From: Raillietiella orientalis
Lineage: Eukaryota
DNA length: 64,000 nucleotides
NCBI GenBank assembly: GCA_036172245.1
Contig: JAYWIR010000003.1
Location: forward strand, 3,162,001 to 3,226,000
Reading direction: 5' to 3'
Of the stretch, positions 62,383-64,000 are shown one piece after another. How positions within the stretch are numbered: the first letter of the stretch is position 1; each line of letters begins with the position of its first letter. The notes below the pieces were generated by a model that was not told the DNA's origin, did not search any database, and worked only from the letters and a program-made list of their open reading frames with translations. Made by a program: the position numbers and the translations under genes.

Positions 62383-64000
62383 GTGAGTAGCTTCAGTGTC
62401 CCACATTCAACCGGGGCGTCCGCTCGGTTGTAGCTCGACTGTCAGTCGTTCTATCGGGGCGTCCGCACGGTTCTACCTGGACTACCGCACAGATCGAGTA
62501 TTACACAGTTCTACTGAGGCTGTCACAATTTATATCGGGCCAGTCACAGGGTTCCAAGTGAATCCTCACGCAGCATCTGAATACGAGTCCTTCTCATCTC
62601 GTTTGCAAGGATCAGTGCATCTCTTGCGAATGTGGGATTGGTCTTTTCTTCTCTCAGGTCGGAGGAACCTCCAGAGGGCATGTGTTCATGGAGAATGTGT
62701 CGAGTCTGGTGCTTTTGGTGCGAGGAGCAGTAAGGGATTTCACGGAGTTTCTGGTGCTTCTCAAAGCTCCATCCTTACTGTCGCACCGCTGCTCACCGAC
62801 CAAAGAACTCGAAATTCTCTTACGGGACCCCCTGGCCTTTCCAAGGTCCCATTCTCCATTATCTAACTTTCCTCAGACGGACTGTTCCCTGGCTCGAACT
62901 TCTCCGGAGCGCGTGGGAAGAGTTGATTGGGCATCGGAGCCGTCCTCCTCGTTTCCGCTTTGCTTCCTTCGATGCCCATGGTCAGGAGGTTTGGGTGTGA
63001 AAGCGGTTGTGACAGCTTCCAGACCTGTGCCCCCATTGGCAATGGTCCCTTGTAAGGGATTTCTGCAATGCCTGGAGGGCTTTTTCTCCTGCATGTCTTC
63101 CTCCCGAATCGCGTCCCGGCTGCTTGTCGCACTGGGCTGGCACGCGTTCCTCAGAGGAGGGGAGGAAGGAGCTGGCCATGATCGCTCGCTCCACACGCGT
63201 GTGCGGACTATTCGCAGAGGCCTGGCAGCTTGGGGGCTGCCCAGGTTGCGGAAAACTCCGAGGAGCAGGAAGGGGATCGGATCTGTGGGTGTCTCCGCGG
63301 CTCCACGTCCACTCTGTGAGATCGACGAGCTTCGTCGGCTGGTTGGTCTCCACTTCCGGATGCGCTAAGTTGCGTTGTGGAGGGGATGGGTTGGGGACAG
63401 GGGGCAGGAAGACGCTTGAAGGCCTGGGGTCTGTCACCTCGCGCGCGACGCAGATTCCTGACGGCAGGTTGGGCGGCGGTCGGAAGGGACGGTGCTTGCC
63501 TGGCAACGGATGATCGCGAGCACCACTATCCGGGAGTCGTTCGGATCGTGCAGCTGCCGCTCCTCGGAGCTCGTCCCAGGTTCCTTTGCGAGTAGAAATG
63601 GGGGAGGGAGAAGGAGGGCTGCAGGGACAACGAAGCGTTTTGCAAACAGACGGTGAGCGCGAAGGGGAGGGGGGAGCTAATGTGCTGGGCTCAGCGCGCA
63701 TTGGTTCGCTGCAGAGTGGGTCGAAATCGAGAGATTGTTGGAAACGGAAAAAGAGGAAGAGGAAGAAGAAGGTTTTTGAAGGCGAGAAGGAAGCCGTCGC
63801 AGAGGCCGAGCCAGCGGTGGCCTACGGTGCTCCTCTTCCTCCGAAGGAGGGTTTGTCCACAGGTGTGGGATCAAACAAGAGGGGAGGGCGATTCCCTCTC
63901 GGCTTCCCCGGTGTGCCGAGTGCATCCTCCCTTCTTTTCGTGGACTCCTCCCTCCGCTCCGCTGAAGGCTTGAGGTAGCGCGAGGTGCTGCTGTCTGTTG

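Overview
Eukaryotic, most likely arthropod, genomic DNA: it contains a Macroglobulin complement-related (Mcr)-type gene and GT-AG spliceosomal introns. I saw no prokaryotic features, CRISPR arrays, rRNA or tRNA. Four host genes can be reconstructed by hand: an SFT2D3-like vesicle-transport gene (1896-2576,+), a 9-exon carotenoid cleavage oxygenase of the BCO1/NinaB/RPE65 family (19097-21558,+), an AKAP1/spoonbill-like TM-KH-Tudor gene (36469-38022,-; introns only 40-42 nt), and three internal exons of an Mcr/CD109-like TEP gene (61820-62382,+). Much of the rest is decayed L1/Tx1-like non-LTR retrotransposon debris, one Tigger/pogo-like MITE and GC-rich low-complexity DNA that produces many spurious ORFs. 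The most interesting observation is a set of frameshifted fragments (12.85-12.95, 14.3-15.0, 17.0-17.4 and probably 18.4-18.7 kb). Once repaired, they spell the N-terminal part of a LEF-8/RPB2-type RNA polymerase subunit like those of baculo-/nudivirus-like (Lefavirales) viruses. This is a candidate endogenous large-DNA-virus fossil, apparently split by an inversion, just upstream of the carotenoid oxygenase gene. Reference motifs were recalled from memory and need confirmation by search.
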